Source: a virus
Taxonomy: Duplodnaviria; Caudoviricetes
Virus record (IMG/VR): IMGVR_UViG_3300025154_000106
Coordinates: 1-59,121 of that record
Strand: one strand, 5' to 3'
DNA: 59,121 nucleotides
The translations under genes were made by a program, and so were the position numbers. This document shows, piece after piece, positions 27,710 to 36,575 of this stretch (within the stretch, counting starts at the first letter, position 1; each line of letters begins with the position of its first letter). The notes beneath the pieces are model-generated. The model saw only the letters and a program-made list of their open reading frames with translations, was not told where the DNA came from and made no database searches.

Positions 27710-28187
27710 TAACCCTGATCAACTCACCTTCTGTATTGTAGATAGGTAAAGTTCTAGGTTTATTCCTAGTTGTTATAGTACCTTCAATAAACCATTTATC
27801 TTTCTTCAGTGGTGGTACAAGTCCAGAGTTTATTAGTTTTTCTAGTTCACTGATGTTACTTGCACTGTGTTGTTCTAAATCTTTCAAGTCCTGTGTAAGT
27901 TCATGGTCTTTGGATGTCATGCGTGCTGAAAGTTTCTCATCAAAGTATTGTTTCCATAGTTTAGTACGTACTTCTTTTCTTAGAGGAGCAAGAGCTTTGG
28001 TAAGGGCAACCCGTCTACCTTTCTCATAAGAAAAGTTATCCTTTGGATTACACACAGCCCTACCCTCACTCAGAAAATCAAGCATACTGTTCTCACTCTT
28101 CAGGATATAGCAGTGAGTAAAGCGTTTATCATCACCATCAATCATTCCATGTTTGAAATCAATTTTGTATTCCATCATCATCTCCAT
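27693..28187 (-). CDS. Hypothetical protein with an N4 gp49/Sf6 gp66-like motif
   Basis: AVCNPKDNFSYEKGRRVALTKAL. Confidence 0.45.
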   Translation of the reverse strand: MEMMMEYKIDFKHGMIDGDDKRFTHCYILKSENSMLDFLSEGRAVCNPKDNFSYEKGRRVALTKALAPLRKEVRTKLWKQYFDEKLSARMTSKDHELTQDLKDLEQHSASNISELEKLINSGLVPPLKKDKWFIEGTITTRNKPRTLPIYNTEGELIRVIIDLE

Positions 28188-28377
28188 CTTTTATATACTC
28201 AAAGAAAAAATAAAGGGCATAGAGAGGAATTACAAACAAACAGATACCAAATCCCATAGATACTAGCCCACACGCCACAGGTTGCCAGAAAAGTTGGTAT
28301 GCTAGGTAAGAATACATCGTCCAGATACCCAACCCTATCAGTGCTAACCACACAACAACAGTTACAATAAGTTTCAT
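28159..28377 (-). CDS. Small membrane protein
   Basis: Two transmembrane segments. Confidence 0.55.
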   Translation of the reverse strand: MKLIVTVVVWLALIGLGIWTMYSYLAYQLFWQPVACGLVSMGFGICLFVIPLYALYFFFEYIKDGDDDGIQN

Positions 28378-28565
28378 AGTTCATCACCTCTCACAGCCAC
28401 AGCAAATCCTATTACCCACAGTACCAATGCGATAGCAGTAAGTACGATAGCCTTAGATACTTCTAACCCTTCATTGATCAGGGTAATGAACGACATGATG
28501 CAGAAGTAGCTCAACATCATTGACATAATAAACGCACCGAACTTTCTCATTCCATGTACCTCCAC
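28374..28565 (-). CDS. Small membrane protein
   Basis: Two transmembrane segments. Confidence 0.55.
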   Translation of the reverse strand: MEVHGMRKFGAFIMSMMLSYFCIMSFITLINEGLEVSKAIVLTAIALVLWVIGFAVAVRGDEL

Positions 28566-28786
28566 TTCGTATAGGTTTCATTCTCTGTATCATGTTCAAG
28601 GATCATGTTCATGGTAGTGTGTAACTTCAGTTCACCCAGTATAGATTCACCTGATACAAACTCATTCATCCTGCGACAGGTAAAGAGAATATCTTTATAA
28701 GATAATTCAAACAGCCTATTGTTCTCTGGTATAGAGAAGTGTATTAGATTCCATTCTTTTGCTTGTGGTCTTGTAATCATTGTCAT
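28547..28786 (-). CDS. Hypothetical protein
   Basis: AGAAAGGA RBS before ATG 28786. Confidence 0.5.
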   Translation of the reverse strand: MTMITRPQAKEWNLIHFSIPENNRLFELSYKDILFTCRRMNEFVSGESILGELKLHTTMNMILEHDTENETYTKWRYME

Positions 28787-28787
28787 G

Positions 28788-29198
28788 TTAGTTATCCTTT
28801 CTGCCACCCAGTAGATTAATAACTTCACTAAGAAAGTTTTTGAAATCATCATAATACCATGAGTAGTCAGCCTCAAAGTCATGCGAAGTAAAGTAGTTTA
28901 GTGCATCTTCTTTAGATTCAAACCACGCAATACTATTGTAGAGATCATCCATAAGTTCTTGCACTTGACTCATGCTACTACATGCCTGAAGTGCATCACA
29001 TCCAGAGCATGACCCCCATCCAAAGCAGAGGTAGCCATACTTACCATCGTTTTTATACAGTAGCCAGCTATCACCTTGATAGTCAGCCTGATCAACTTGT
29101 ATTAATATGTTACCAAATTCTTCCAGCATTGGTTGATAGTTACTTATATAGAATCCCCATTCAGTATCTTTTTCATATAGTTCTTTAGCAGTTTTCAT
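28788..29198 (-). CDS. Hypothetical acidic protein with a GSCSGCD motif
   Basis: AGAAAGGA RBS. DYQGD and GWGSCSGCDALQ motifs. Confidence 0.65.
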   Translation of the reverse strand: MKTAKELYEKDTEWGFYISNYQPMLEEFGNILIQVDQADYQGDSWLLYKNDGKYGYLCFGWGSCSGCDALQACSSMSQVQELMDDLYNSIAWFESKEDALNYFTSHDFEADYSWYYDDFKNFLSEVINLLGGRKDN

Positions 29199-29243
29199 TT
29201 TGTTTTCCTTTCTGTTATAATAAATTGATAAGGAGATAAGCCT

Positions 29244-29519
29244 ATGTTACCAAACACATCTATGCCACGTAGTCCTATGCCCGGTGGGCAAGCACCTGCT
29301 GGTCAGCCACCGATGGGACAGCCACCGCAAGGTGGTGGACAGGGAGCTGATCAAGGTCAAGTAGTAGAAGCAATCAAGCAAGTTCTAACTAGGGTCAAAG
29401 CCTTAGCAGATCAGAACGGGATTGACTTCATGTCTATTGTGAATGAGATGGCGAGTTCAGGTAGTAAGGGTAAAGCACCCATGCCACCGCCACCTGTGCC
29501 CAGTCAGCCACCCATGTAG
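29244..29519 (+). CDS. Pro/Gln/Gly-rich small protein in its own inverted transcription unit
   Basis: TG-n-TATAAT (29213-29221), AAGGAG RBS, downstream hairpin at 29546-29568. Confidence 0.7.
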   Translation: MLPNTSMPRSPMPGGQAPAGQPPMGQPPQGGGQGADQGQVVEAIKQVLTRVKALADQNGIDFMSIVNEMASSGSKGKAPMPPPPVPSQPPM

Positions 29520-29545
29520 AGTTAGTAAAGTTCAGCCTATCATCG

Positions 29546-29568
29546 AGGGAAGTAACGATTACTTCCCT
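29546..29568. terminator. Hairpin between convergent genes, containing a variant of the dispersed palindrome
   Basis: AGGGAAGTAA-CGA-TTACTTCCCT. Confidence 0.55.
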
Positions 29569-29924
29569 TGTTTCATTTCAGCCAGTCGCATACGTATCTT
29601 AGTGTACATATCTTGCTGACTGTCACCGACAGAGACATACATATAATTAGCATTGAGTTCCTTTAGTATCACCTCTCTTCGTTTAGTAGCCTGTGTTTTA
29701 CTTCCCCTTATAGTAAGGGTATCAATGTATAAGTAACCATGAGGGGTAAGGATAACAGCAGGTACATACAGCCACTTGTTTCTCTTCTCATCCCCACCCA
29801 CCCATTTGTAGGGCAGGAAAGAATAACCTGTTTGTTTGATAGCATTGTAAAGGTTCTGTTCCCATCGTTCATGTGAATACTTTCTACCGAGTGGGTGAGG
29901 GGAAGTTGTATGATCAAATCTCAT
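29559..29924 (-). CDS. Hypothetical basic protein
   Basis: 121-aa coupled ORF. Confidence 0.5.
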   Translation of the reverse strand: MRFDHTTSPHPLGRKYSHERWEQNLYNAIKQTGYSFLPYKWVGGDEKRNKWLYVPAVILTPHGYLYIDTLTIRGSKTQATKRREVILKELNANYMYVSVGDSQQDMYTKIRMRLAEMKQGK

Positions 29925-31228
29925 TGGATAAACACAGTCCTTGTGTCGAGTAGATTATAGATGACAGCCATGTGTCCATTGTCCTGAATAAGTTTACAGT
30001 TGATAGGGATAAGATCATCCCGTCTTTCAAGTTCCTCTCTTACATCATCCAACATGACAGGGTTACGCTTATCAATGTTGCAGGTAAGCAGGGCATAGTA
30101 ATCCTGAAGGGTATCGGATGAAACAAATTCAAGGTCAGCTTTAGTTAGTGTCATCTCATCCCTCCAAGAATATAGTAGTGCCTTTGTCTGATTCAGTGTG
30201 TAGAATTTCTTTTATCATGTCAAGATATACGTAGGTTATTTGAATTTTTTCTGTTTGTTGGAGCAGGACACATCCTAGCTCTTCTGGTCTTATTTCAGCA
30301 GTAAAGTGTCCAGCCAGAAATTTAGAATTAAAATTAGGGTGATGTATGACAATCATATTACTGTTATGTATGATACAAGCAAGTGCTTCTAAGTTTATTT
30401 TCATAGCAGGTCTCCGTTCTCATCATAAATTTGTACATCATCTTCCTCTACATACACGAGGATAGAATCTCTGAAGTCTCGTAACATAGGACTGACGGGG
30501 TAGTTACCTCTATAAATATCTGTCTCACCCTGTTCTATCTCATCATCGTCTACCAAAGTAACCGTTACTTTATCAGCCTCGGATGATACGATGTCCCATA
30601 TAACACCACCATGTACATGAATAATAATGTCAATCATTTGTACCTCCATTGGAATTTAGTTTGTGCATCAGGGGATAAGCAGTCACATCTCCAGCCATTG
30701 AAGTAATCTTCTCCACAGATAGGGCAGTTAGTACGTGAGATAGCAACCTTATCAAATCCATTGAGATAATTTTCTACATCAGGATCAATCTCATCCTCAT
30801 CGAGTTCAATAATCATACAGTCGGGGAAGTAATCCATAGCATTATGATTCTTACTAAGTGGGGCTTCCATTCCATAAGCAAGCACCTTATCATAAGACTG
30901 CACATCATCAGGGCTTACAAGTTTAGCCAGCATCATACACATCCTTTCGTAATTTGTTTTGATCAACAACAATATTTACATATTCATCAGAGAAAGTTAT
31001 CTCAACAACAGCACTCCAGTTTACGGTTATCCAAGAGTTATTGTCACCCGATAGGGTAAAGCCATCGAAGGGGCAGGCATACATACCGTCAGATTTATAG
31101 TGATTACAGTCATGCACATCGAAGTGCAGGTCAAAGTGACAGTCTACCTCATGGATAGTAGCATACTTACGTTCTCTAATAGCACTGATAATATTTTTCT
31201 TGCCTAAGTTATCTGTAAAAGTTTCCAT
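29921..31228 (-). CDS. Run of five small coupled hypothetical genes (29921-30154, 30156-30404, 30401-30649, 30634-30972, 30923-31228)
   Basis: Tightly packed same-strand ORFs, several acidic. Exact starts are uncertain. Confidence 0.5.
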
Positions 31229-31229
31229 C

Positions 31230-31523
31230 TTATAATCCCTTCTGTCTTAGAATTTCTTTATATCTTTCTCTTGTCATGTCAGGGGTAATCCTCTTGACAA
31301 TTTTCAGATCATCATAACCGATAGAGATAAGTTCTTCTAACAGATCCTTATACTCATCGGGGGTAGCTGGTTGTGTAGTTCTGTACCATCCTGATGTACA
31401 TGCACTATGTTGTCCGACAATTGCATAGCTCCACATGGTAGACAAGTCAAGCGTGCCTGGTTCAGCAGGGAATACAGCTACAATTTCTTTGCCATCCTTA
31501 CGAAAGATTACGGGGGTAGTCAT
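31230..31523 (-). CDS. Early hypothetical protein
   Basis: TTPVIFRKD..IVAVFP..YAIVGQHSAC pattern recalls small early/leading-region proteins. GGA RBS. Confidence 0.6.
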   Translation of the reverse strand: MTTPVIFRKDGKEIVAVFPAEPGTLDLSTMWSYAIVGQHSACTSGWYRTTQPATPDEYKDLLEELISIGYDDLKIVKRITPDMTRERYKEILRQKGL

Positions 31524-31526
31524 GGG

Positions 31527-31916
31527 TTATCCTTCCTGAATGTCGTTCAGTATTCTATTGCACACAATTTCAAAAGAGTACCATGCCAGCAGATTTTGAT
31601 TAGATGTATCCAAGATGAGGGGGTCAGTATCATCCCATCCATTGAGCATGGTCAATACATTCTCACCGTAGGAATCTGTTTCATCTTTGATAAGTTGATT
31701 GATGTCAGTCTTGAATTTCTTATACCATTTCAAGGTATCAGTATAATAGATCAACGCACCTACCATGCCAGAGATACACCCGTACTGTGTTACATCTTCG
31801 AGGAAGGAAGTAACATCCTCTTCTTGATTGACAATAGATACAACTTTCTTTTCGAGGGGGGTAAGTTCCTCATCTGTTCTGATTTTATTACGTACTAAGA
31901 AAAACATTTCACACAT
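31527..31916 (-). CDS. Acidic early protein, candidate DNA mimic
   Basis: LEDVTQYGCISGMVGALIYYTDT motif. AGAAAGGA RBS. Confidence 0.55.
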   Translation of the reverse strand: MCEMFFLVRNKIRTDEELTPLEKKVVSIVNQEEDVTSFLEDVTQYGCISGMVGALIYYTDTLKWYKKFKTDINQLIKDETDSYGENVLTMLNGWDDTDPLILDTSNQNLLAWYSFEIVCNRILNDIQEG

Positions 31917-32100
31917 CCTTTCTGTTTGTTTTGATCCAAGTTTTGATTACATCTCTACACTGACGTTCAAATCGGTAGTCAGTTTGGGGGTCAAGGTCAC
32001 CTGATTTTATTTGAGGTAAGCTATTGGCAACCGATTCCCAGAATTTATAGATAGCGTCTTCAGTTATTTGCATCAGTTCTTGATTAGTTATATCGTCCAT
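31909..32100 (-). CDS. Early hypothetical protein
   Basis: AGAAAGGA RBS before ATG 32100. Confidence 0.55.
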   Translation of the reverse strand: MDDITNQELMQITEDAIYKFWESVANSLPQIKSGDLDPQTDYRFERQCRDVIKTWIKTNRKDV

Positions 32101-32113
32101 TTGTTTTTCCTTT

Positions 32114-32341
32114 CTAGTTCTGTCTAGTAACTCTCTTGATTGAAAGTTCAAACGCCTGTCTTCCAAGTTCAAAGTATATAGTAGGTTCAGCGTTATCATT
32201 CCCATTACTACCAATGAATTGATTCTTTACTCTATCAGTGGGGAATCCTACATGGTACTCACTCATGCCAACCAGTCCCATCAAGGTATCATATATTTGA
32301 TTAAGTATTTCATCAGTCTCTATTCTTTTATTCATCTTCAC
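32114..32341 (-). CDS. Early hypothetical protein
   Basis: GGAG RBS, coupled. Confidence 0.5.
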   Translation of the reverse strand: MKMNKRIETDEILNQIYDTLMGLVGMSEYHVGFPTDRVKNQFIGSNGNDNAEPTIYFELGRQAFELSIKRVTRQN

Positions 32342-32471
32342 TTACTCCAAACTCTTCAATAGTATCTATCATAGCTGAAAGACTAGACTTTGCCTCATCA
32401 AGATAGTCCGACATACCATCAAGGTATTGAAACAAACTGTTCAAAGCTCTCAATAATTCTTTCTCTTCCAT
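32328..32471 (-). CDS. 47-aa acidic peptide, not in the ORF track
   Basis: AGAAAGGA RBS. Sequence MEEKELLRALNSLFQYLDGMSDYLDEAK...SEDE. Confidence 0.6.
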   Translation of the reverse strand: MEEKELLRALNSLFQYLDGMSDYLDEAKSSLSAMIDTIEEFGVSEDE

Positions 32472-32486
32472 TTTGTTTATCCTTTC

Positions 32487-32726
32487 TTACAGCATGGTCT
32501 CAATATTGTTACGAAGTTTAATATCTCTTGTAGCATGGGGTTTATATTGGAATCGAATCTCCGCACCCATAGCTGACATAAAAATCTTTGGCAACAAATA
32601 ATTATCATCATAAGATTCTAAGTCTACTGCACCACTAGCCACTATGCTTTCAGCTTTCTTTATAATCCATTCGTTCATGTCGGGGATCATTTCATTTACT
32701 TTAGATAGAAATTGTTCTTTGTTCAT
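32487..32726 (-). CDS. Early hypothetical protein
   Basis: AGAAAGGA RBS. Confidence 0.6.
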   Translation of the reverse strand: MNKEQFLSKVNEMIPDMNEWIIKKAESIVASGAVDLESYDDNYLLPKIFMSAMGAEIRFQYKPHATRDIKLRNNIETML

Positions 32727-32756
32727 GTTGTTGTCCTTTCTTATTCTTATCTTAGT

Positions 32757-32807
32757 ATGTCATGGTAGTAACTACCAGTGTAGAAAATCATATTACTACC
32801 ATGACAT
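32757..32807 (-). repeat. Perfect 15-bp intergenic inverted repeat with a TACACT loop motif
   Basis: ATGTCATGGTAGTAA / TTACTACCATGACAT. Confidence 0.8.
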
Positions 32808-32813
32808 TAATCC

Positions 32814-33434
32814 TTAGTGCATAGATCCATCAGCTAAGAATTCATACTCATTAGCAATAAGGGATTCCTTGATTGCTTCATCAGATGTCATATATTCATA
32901 GTCACGTTCAAGTTCCTTGTATATCTTATGACAATAATCCAATCGCCAGTCTTCCATCCACGATTCAAACTCATCTATTCTTTTTTGGTAGGGAGCTTTC
33001 ATGTCATCATATTCTTTTTGAGTAAGCTCACCATCATACATGAATTCTACATAGTCCACTTCAAATCTAGCAGTTCTCTCATGGGAATAGTAAGTTGATC
33101 CTCTGTGTATACTGAATCCGAATTCAATCAGTCCATCCATATACCAGTCGTATATATCCCGAAAGTTTTCTTTGATAAAGGTAGTAAGGATAGTATCAAA
33201 GTCTATTGACTTACATTCAAACACAGCCCCGTCCCCTTGATTTGAGAATCCAGAGAAATAAATACTTACATTATTGAATCCCATTTTTTGTAGTTCATCG
33301 GTATGATAATCAATCGTTGATTCATACCACCATGAGTCGTCTACATTCCATTCCCTATGTTTATCAATGACTTGTTCTTGTATGTCAGGGTCAAGCTCAT
33401 CAAATTTATACAGCTTAATAATTTCTTCTCTCAT
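32814..33434 (-). CDS. Highly acidic early protein, resembling a family found in phage/plasmid leading regions
   Basis: YKFDEL, WWYE, IYFSGFSNQGDGA, YEYMTSDEAI..ANEYEF.ADG motifs. AGAAAGGA RBS. Confidence 0.6.
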   Translation of the reverse strand: MREEIIKLYKFDELDPDIQEQVIDKHREWNVDDSWWYESTIDYHTDELQKMGFNNVSIYFSGFSNQGDGAVFECKSIDFDTILTTFIKENFRDIYDWYMDGLIEFGFSIHRGSTYYSHERTARFEVDYVEFMYDGELTQKEYDDMKAPYQKRIDEFESWMEDWRLDYCHKIYKELERDYEYMTSDEAIKESLIANEYEFLADGSMH

Positions 33435-33438
33435 TAGG

Positions 33439-33513
33439 TTATCCTTTCTCAAATAGTAAGGTATAAATTAGCATGATAAGAATGACAAAGATTACGAGGG
33501 GGAATAGTTGCAT
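33439..33513 (-). CDS. 24-aa single-pass membrane peptide, not in the ORF track
   Basis: MQLFPLVIFVILIMLIYTLLFEKG with AGAAAGGA RBS. Confidence 0.55.
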   Translation of the reverse strand: MQLFPLVIFVILIMLIYTLLFEKG

Positions 33514-33516
33514 GTG

Positions 33517-33861
33517 TTATCCTTTCTTTATCATTCTGAAAATTGAGTACGTCCATTCAGCAAATAGATCATCTAAATAATCACCCAACCCATCACCACA
33601 GGCACAGATGGTACTAGGGTCAACCTCACAATCAAACTGTACAAATAATAAGGAAAGATCATCACGTTGAAATGCCGCATAAAAATCATAGCAGTGACAG
33701 TAACCACCCCACTCATCCATAGCATCATACGTATTGAAGCATTGTAATTGATTGTCGGTAAAGATTAGAGACCAGTCCCCATTAACACCGCTCCCATGTG
33801 GAAGTTCATTAAGTAAGAAATCTATCAGCTCATCATCAGTAAAGTTATTAAAGTTTTTCAT
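33517..33861 (-). CDS. Acidic early protein
   Basis: AGAAAGGA RBS, LPHGSG motif. Confidence 0.6.
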   Translation of the reverse strand: MKNFNNFTDDELIDFLLNELPHGSGVNGDWSLIFTDNQLQCFNTYDAMDEWGGYCHCYDFYAAFQRDDLSLLFVQFDCEVDPSTICACGDGLGDYLDDLFAEWTYSIFRMIKKG

Positions 33862-33951
33862 TAGTTTATCCTTTCTTTATAGTAAGTTTATCCGATAGGG
33901 TAAGGATAAGACAGTGTAATTAATCCTATCCTTACCATGTAGAATGTCATG

Positions 33952-34344
33952 TTAGCAATTCCTTTGCCAATATTCTACGCCGTCAATCTCAACGCAAGAG
34001 TAATCCATTTTCAGATCATCGCATACACCATTCCAGTCAATATTAGATTCAATATAAGACGGTAAGTTATTCGGTAAGTCTCCAATGTCATATACCAATT
34101 CAATAAGATAATCATTCATGTATGAATTACGAATTAAAGTTTCGTCTAGATCAAGGTACTCTAATGTTTTCTTTAGTTGATCAACCGATTCTTGCAATTC
34201 GATAAAGTCTTCGTCGTCTTCGGGAGTCTCATCATCTATCATAGCATCAAGGTCAGATTGCATGTCATACAATAGTTCTAATAGCTTGCGTGGTTCGATA
34301 AAGTTTTCACTTGTAAAGTCAGATAGTTTGGTATAGTATTTCAT
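33952..34344 (-). CDS. ArdA-like acidic antirestriction (DNA mimic) candidate
   Basis: Very Asp/Glu rich. LPSYIESNIDWNGVCDDLKMDY resembles the ArdA C-terminal pattern. Confidence 0.5.
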   Translation of the reverse strand: MKYYTKLSDFTSENFIEPRKLLELLYDMQSDLDAMIDDETPEDDEDFIELQESVDQLKKTLEYLDLDETLIRNSYMNDYLIELVYDIGDLPNNLPSYIESNIDWNGVCDDLKMDYSCVEIDGVEYWQRNC

Positions 34345-34357
34345 TTCATAATCCTTT

Positions 34358-34597
34358 CTATTTCAGTTCAATAAATAAAATTTTAGATTGATAAGATACA
34401 TCATACAAGTATGACTCATGGACGGTTATAAAATTATCATCATCTTTAGCAATCATCATGCCATTATTGACCTTAGTTATTTTAAAGTTAGGTAAGTTGA
34501 ATGTCATACGTCCATCAAATTTATTCATACCTTGAATGATGATAGTATCTATTGCTTTATTATTCATAATATGATTAAGTTTTTCTAGGGTAGTCAT
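34358..34597 (-). CDS. Early hypothetical protein
   Basis: GAAAGGA RBS. Confidence 0.55.
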   Translation of the reverse strand: MTTLEKLNHIMNNKAIDTIIIQGMNKFDGRMTFNLPNFKITKVNNGMMIAKDDDNFITVHESYLYDVSYQSKILFIELK

Positions 34598-34631
34598 TAG
34601 ATTAATCCTTTCGTTTATTTATATCTATTGT

Positions 34632-34685
34632 AAGTAACTGTTACTTATAAGATAAGTGTAGGAAGTAACTAAGTAACGGTTACTT
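34632..34685. repeat. Pair of AAGTAAC-N-GTTACTT palindromes forming a long inverted repeat
   Basis: Copies at 34632-34646 and 34671-34685. Confidence 0.9.
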
Positions 34686-34694
34686 TCGTCCTGT

Positions 34695-34970
34695 TTACAT
34701 GTCCCATGTTTTATATACACCATAAACTTTCAGATCATACACGTTACAACCTAAGTTAATAATGTCAGGTCGCCATGTAAAATACGCCTCGTTGTTTTCA
34801 TCAGGACAATCAATAATAATATGGGAGTAGCTAGAATTTTTTGTTAGCTTTTCTTCCCATAATTGGAGTGCTTTTAACTCATCATTAGTTAGTCCTTGAC
34901 TATCACCGTTAACAATAAGAGGTAAGAAAAAGTCAGGTATTTTATAGGTATCAATTAGTTCTGTTTTCAT
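34695..34970 (-). CDS. Early hypothetical protein (IP...L.NGD.xGL..DE motif)
   Basis: GAAAGGA RBS. Confidence 0.6.
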   Translation of the reverse strand: MKTELIDTYKIPDFFLPLIVNGDSQGLTNDELKALQLWEEKLTKNSSYSHIIIDCPDENNEAYFTWRPDIINLGCNVYDLKVYGVYKTWDM

Positions 34971-35053
34971 TGATCAATCCTTTCATAATCAATCAATCCA
35001 GAGATAGATAATCCGAGTAAGATAAGAAATACAAGAGTAGTTATAACGTACAT
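34967..35053 (-). CDS. 28-aa single-pass membrane peptide, not in the ORF track
   Basis: MYVITTLVFLILLGLSISGLIDYERIDQ with AGAAAGGA RBS, ATGA-coupled to the next gene. Confidence 0.55.
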   Translation of the reverse strand: MYVITTLVFLILLGLSISGLIDYERIDQ

Positions 35054-35106
35054 GATAAGTCCTTTCTGATTGTCTAACCTAAGCTACAATCAAGGGTAAG
35101 AATAGA

Positions 35107-35367
35107 TTATAAATTTTCAGAGATAAGGTTAAGGAAGTCCTTATTATCTATGGGTTGAAAGTCAATTTTCATTAATGACATCTCACGAGCAAATAAATTA
35201 ATATGTTTTGATGTAGTAACGGAGAAAAACTCATTGACTTTATAGTATCCCTTGCCACTTATCCAACATGCAACCGCGACCCCGTAAGAAAAACAGACTT
35301 GACAATTATCCTTGATAAGGATGTGACAGTTATTATTAATAGTATCTAATCGAATATAGTTGTTCAT
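35107..35367 (-). CDS. First early gene, small protein with FSY..VA and SxTTSKHIN motifs
   Basis: GAAAGGA RBS, with minus-strand TATAAT near 35402-35407. Confidence 0.65.
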   Translation of the reverse strand: MNNYIRLDTINNNCHILIKDNCQVCFSYGVAVACWISGKGYYKVNEFFSVTTSKHINLFAREMSLMKIDFQPIDNKDFLNLISENL

Positions 35368-35599
35368 GTTATTATCCTTTCATAATTTCAATCTATACTC
35401 TTATTATAGGGATAAGAGATAAGATAAACAGTGTCATAAGTAATAAGAAAAGGATGACAAGGTTGGCATGATACTTGCATATTAAAGAAAGGGGATATAT
35501 AGGGGATAGAATAGATCAAGCGGTATGATGCTAACCTTAAGTGTTTTGACTTGGGCGATTGTCTATTCATTCTATGACTATTCATTTAATGAGTAGTTT

Positions 35600-35687
35600 G
35601 CAACGGGCGGCTTTCGGTTTAGCAACGGGCGGCTTTATTTGTACGCTTGGATTGTTACGATTGTGTTACTAAGTAACGGGCGGCTTT
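35600..35687 (+). repeat. Three direct repeats of AACGGGCGGCTTT in the long divergent non-coding region
   Basis: Copies ending at 35614, 35636 and 35687. Confidence 0.85.
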
Positions 35688-36003
35688 GATCGACGGGTAA
35701 GTTATATATAGGCATAGTAGGATGAAAGGATAAGACTGATGAGAGAGGGGGAGATTGCGATTGGGATTAGATTAGGTGGGGTAGGTAGTTTAGATTGGTT
35801 GTATTATTTGTATTTGTTGCTCCCCTATTTCCCACATTGAAAAAGTTATTAGAAAGAATAGGTTCAGTATAAGTTTTATTTATATTCCAGGCGTGAAGAG
35901 TTATTGAATTTTGTTGATTTAAAAAGCTCAGGCGTGCTCAAATAAGTTTTACTTATACTACGGGTGATGATGGTATTACTTATATAGATAGATCTTCTTC
36001 CTT

Positions 36004-36047
36004 CTCTAATATAGATTTAATGTACGGCTTACCCTTTTTGGTACAAT
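36004..36047 (+). promoter_or_regulatory. Tandem-box promoter 1
   Basis: CTCTAAT-atag-ATTTAAT, 20 bp, TACAAT with a TG extension. Confidence 0.65.
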
Positions 36048-36070
36048 AGATTGAGAAAGGAGAAAAGTAA

Positions 36071-36436
36071 ATGAATGAATGTAAGTTATGCGGAAGTAAG
36101 CCAATGAGTATCTATCATTATGATGGGACACACAAAAGAAATCCTGGAACTGGTTGTACTAATCCACATTGTCCACTGTATGAGGCAGAGTTATCTGAAG
36201 ACGAGTGGGAGAAGTTGATGAGTACTGCAGAACTCCCCAGACTATGGCTGAAAGTCGGACAAGATTTGAAGCATGATTGTAATGTCTATCTGGTAAGTGA
36301 AGATTCAGAAGGATGGATTGGATTCTTTTCAACGTACGGACAGGCCAAGGATCACGCTGAGTTCTTTTCCAAAATGTTTGGTGGAATCCCTATTGAGTAC
36401 TATGAGGAAGTTATTGTAGTAAGAGAAAAGAAGTAA
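36071..36436 (+). CDS. Zn-finger hypothetical protein
   Basis: CxxC...CxxxxC pattern. GAAAGGAG RBS. Confidence 0.6.
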   Translation: MNECKLCGSKPMSIYHYDGTHKRNPGTGCTNPHCPLYEAELSEDEWEKLMSTAELPRLWLKVGQDLKHDCNVYLVSEDSEGWIGFFSTYGQAKDHAEFFSKMFGGIPIEYYEEVIVVREKK

Positions 36437-36448
36437 TATAATAAGATC

Positions 36449-36575
36449 AATAGTACCCGGCAGGCTTAGGACTCCACAAGAACATGGGAGAAACCGCCGA
36501 CCGAGCCGGGTCGTCTCTGCTCTGTCTCAACAGGCATCAGAATTTCCCCTGCCAGTATTGGTGGGGGTTTCTTAT
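36449..36575 (+). ncRNA. Candidate structured small RNA
   Basis: TTGTAG-17-TATAAT promoter (36414-36442), GC-rich ACCCGGC/GCCGGGT stem, terminator hairpin near 36545-36575, no ORF. Confidence 0.5.

Noticed and set aside
35600-35687. Mini CRISPR array
   Set aside because: Repeats are only 13-15 bp with irregular spacing, and there are no cas genes.
36455-36511. tRNA or hammerhead ribozyme
   Set aside because: No T-loop or cloverleaf and no CUGANGA core. Kept only as an unclassified RNA candidate.
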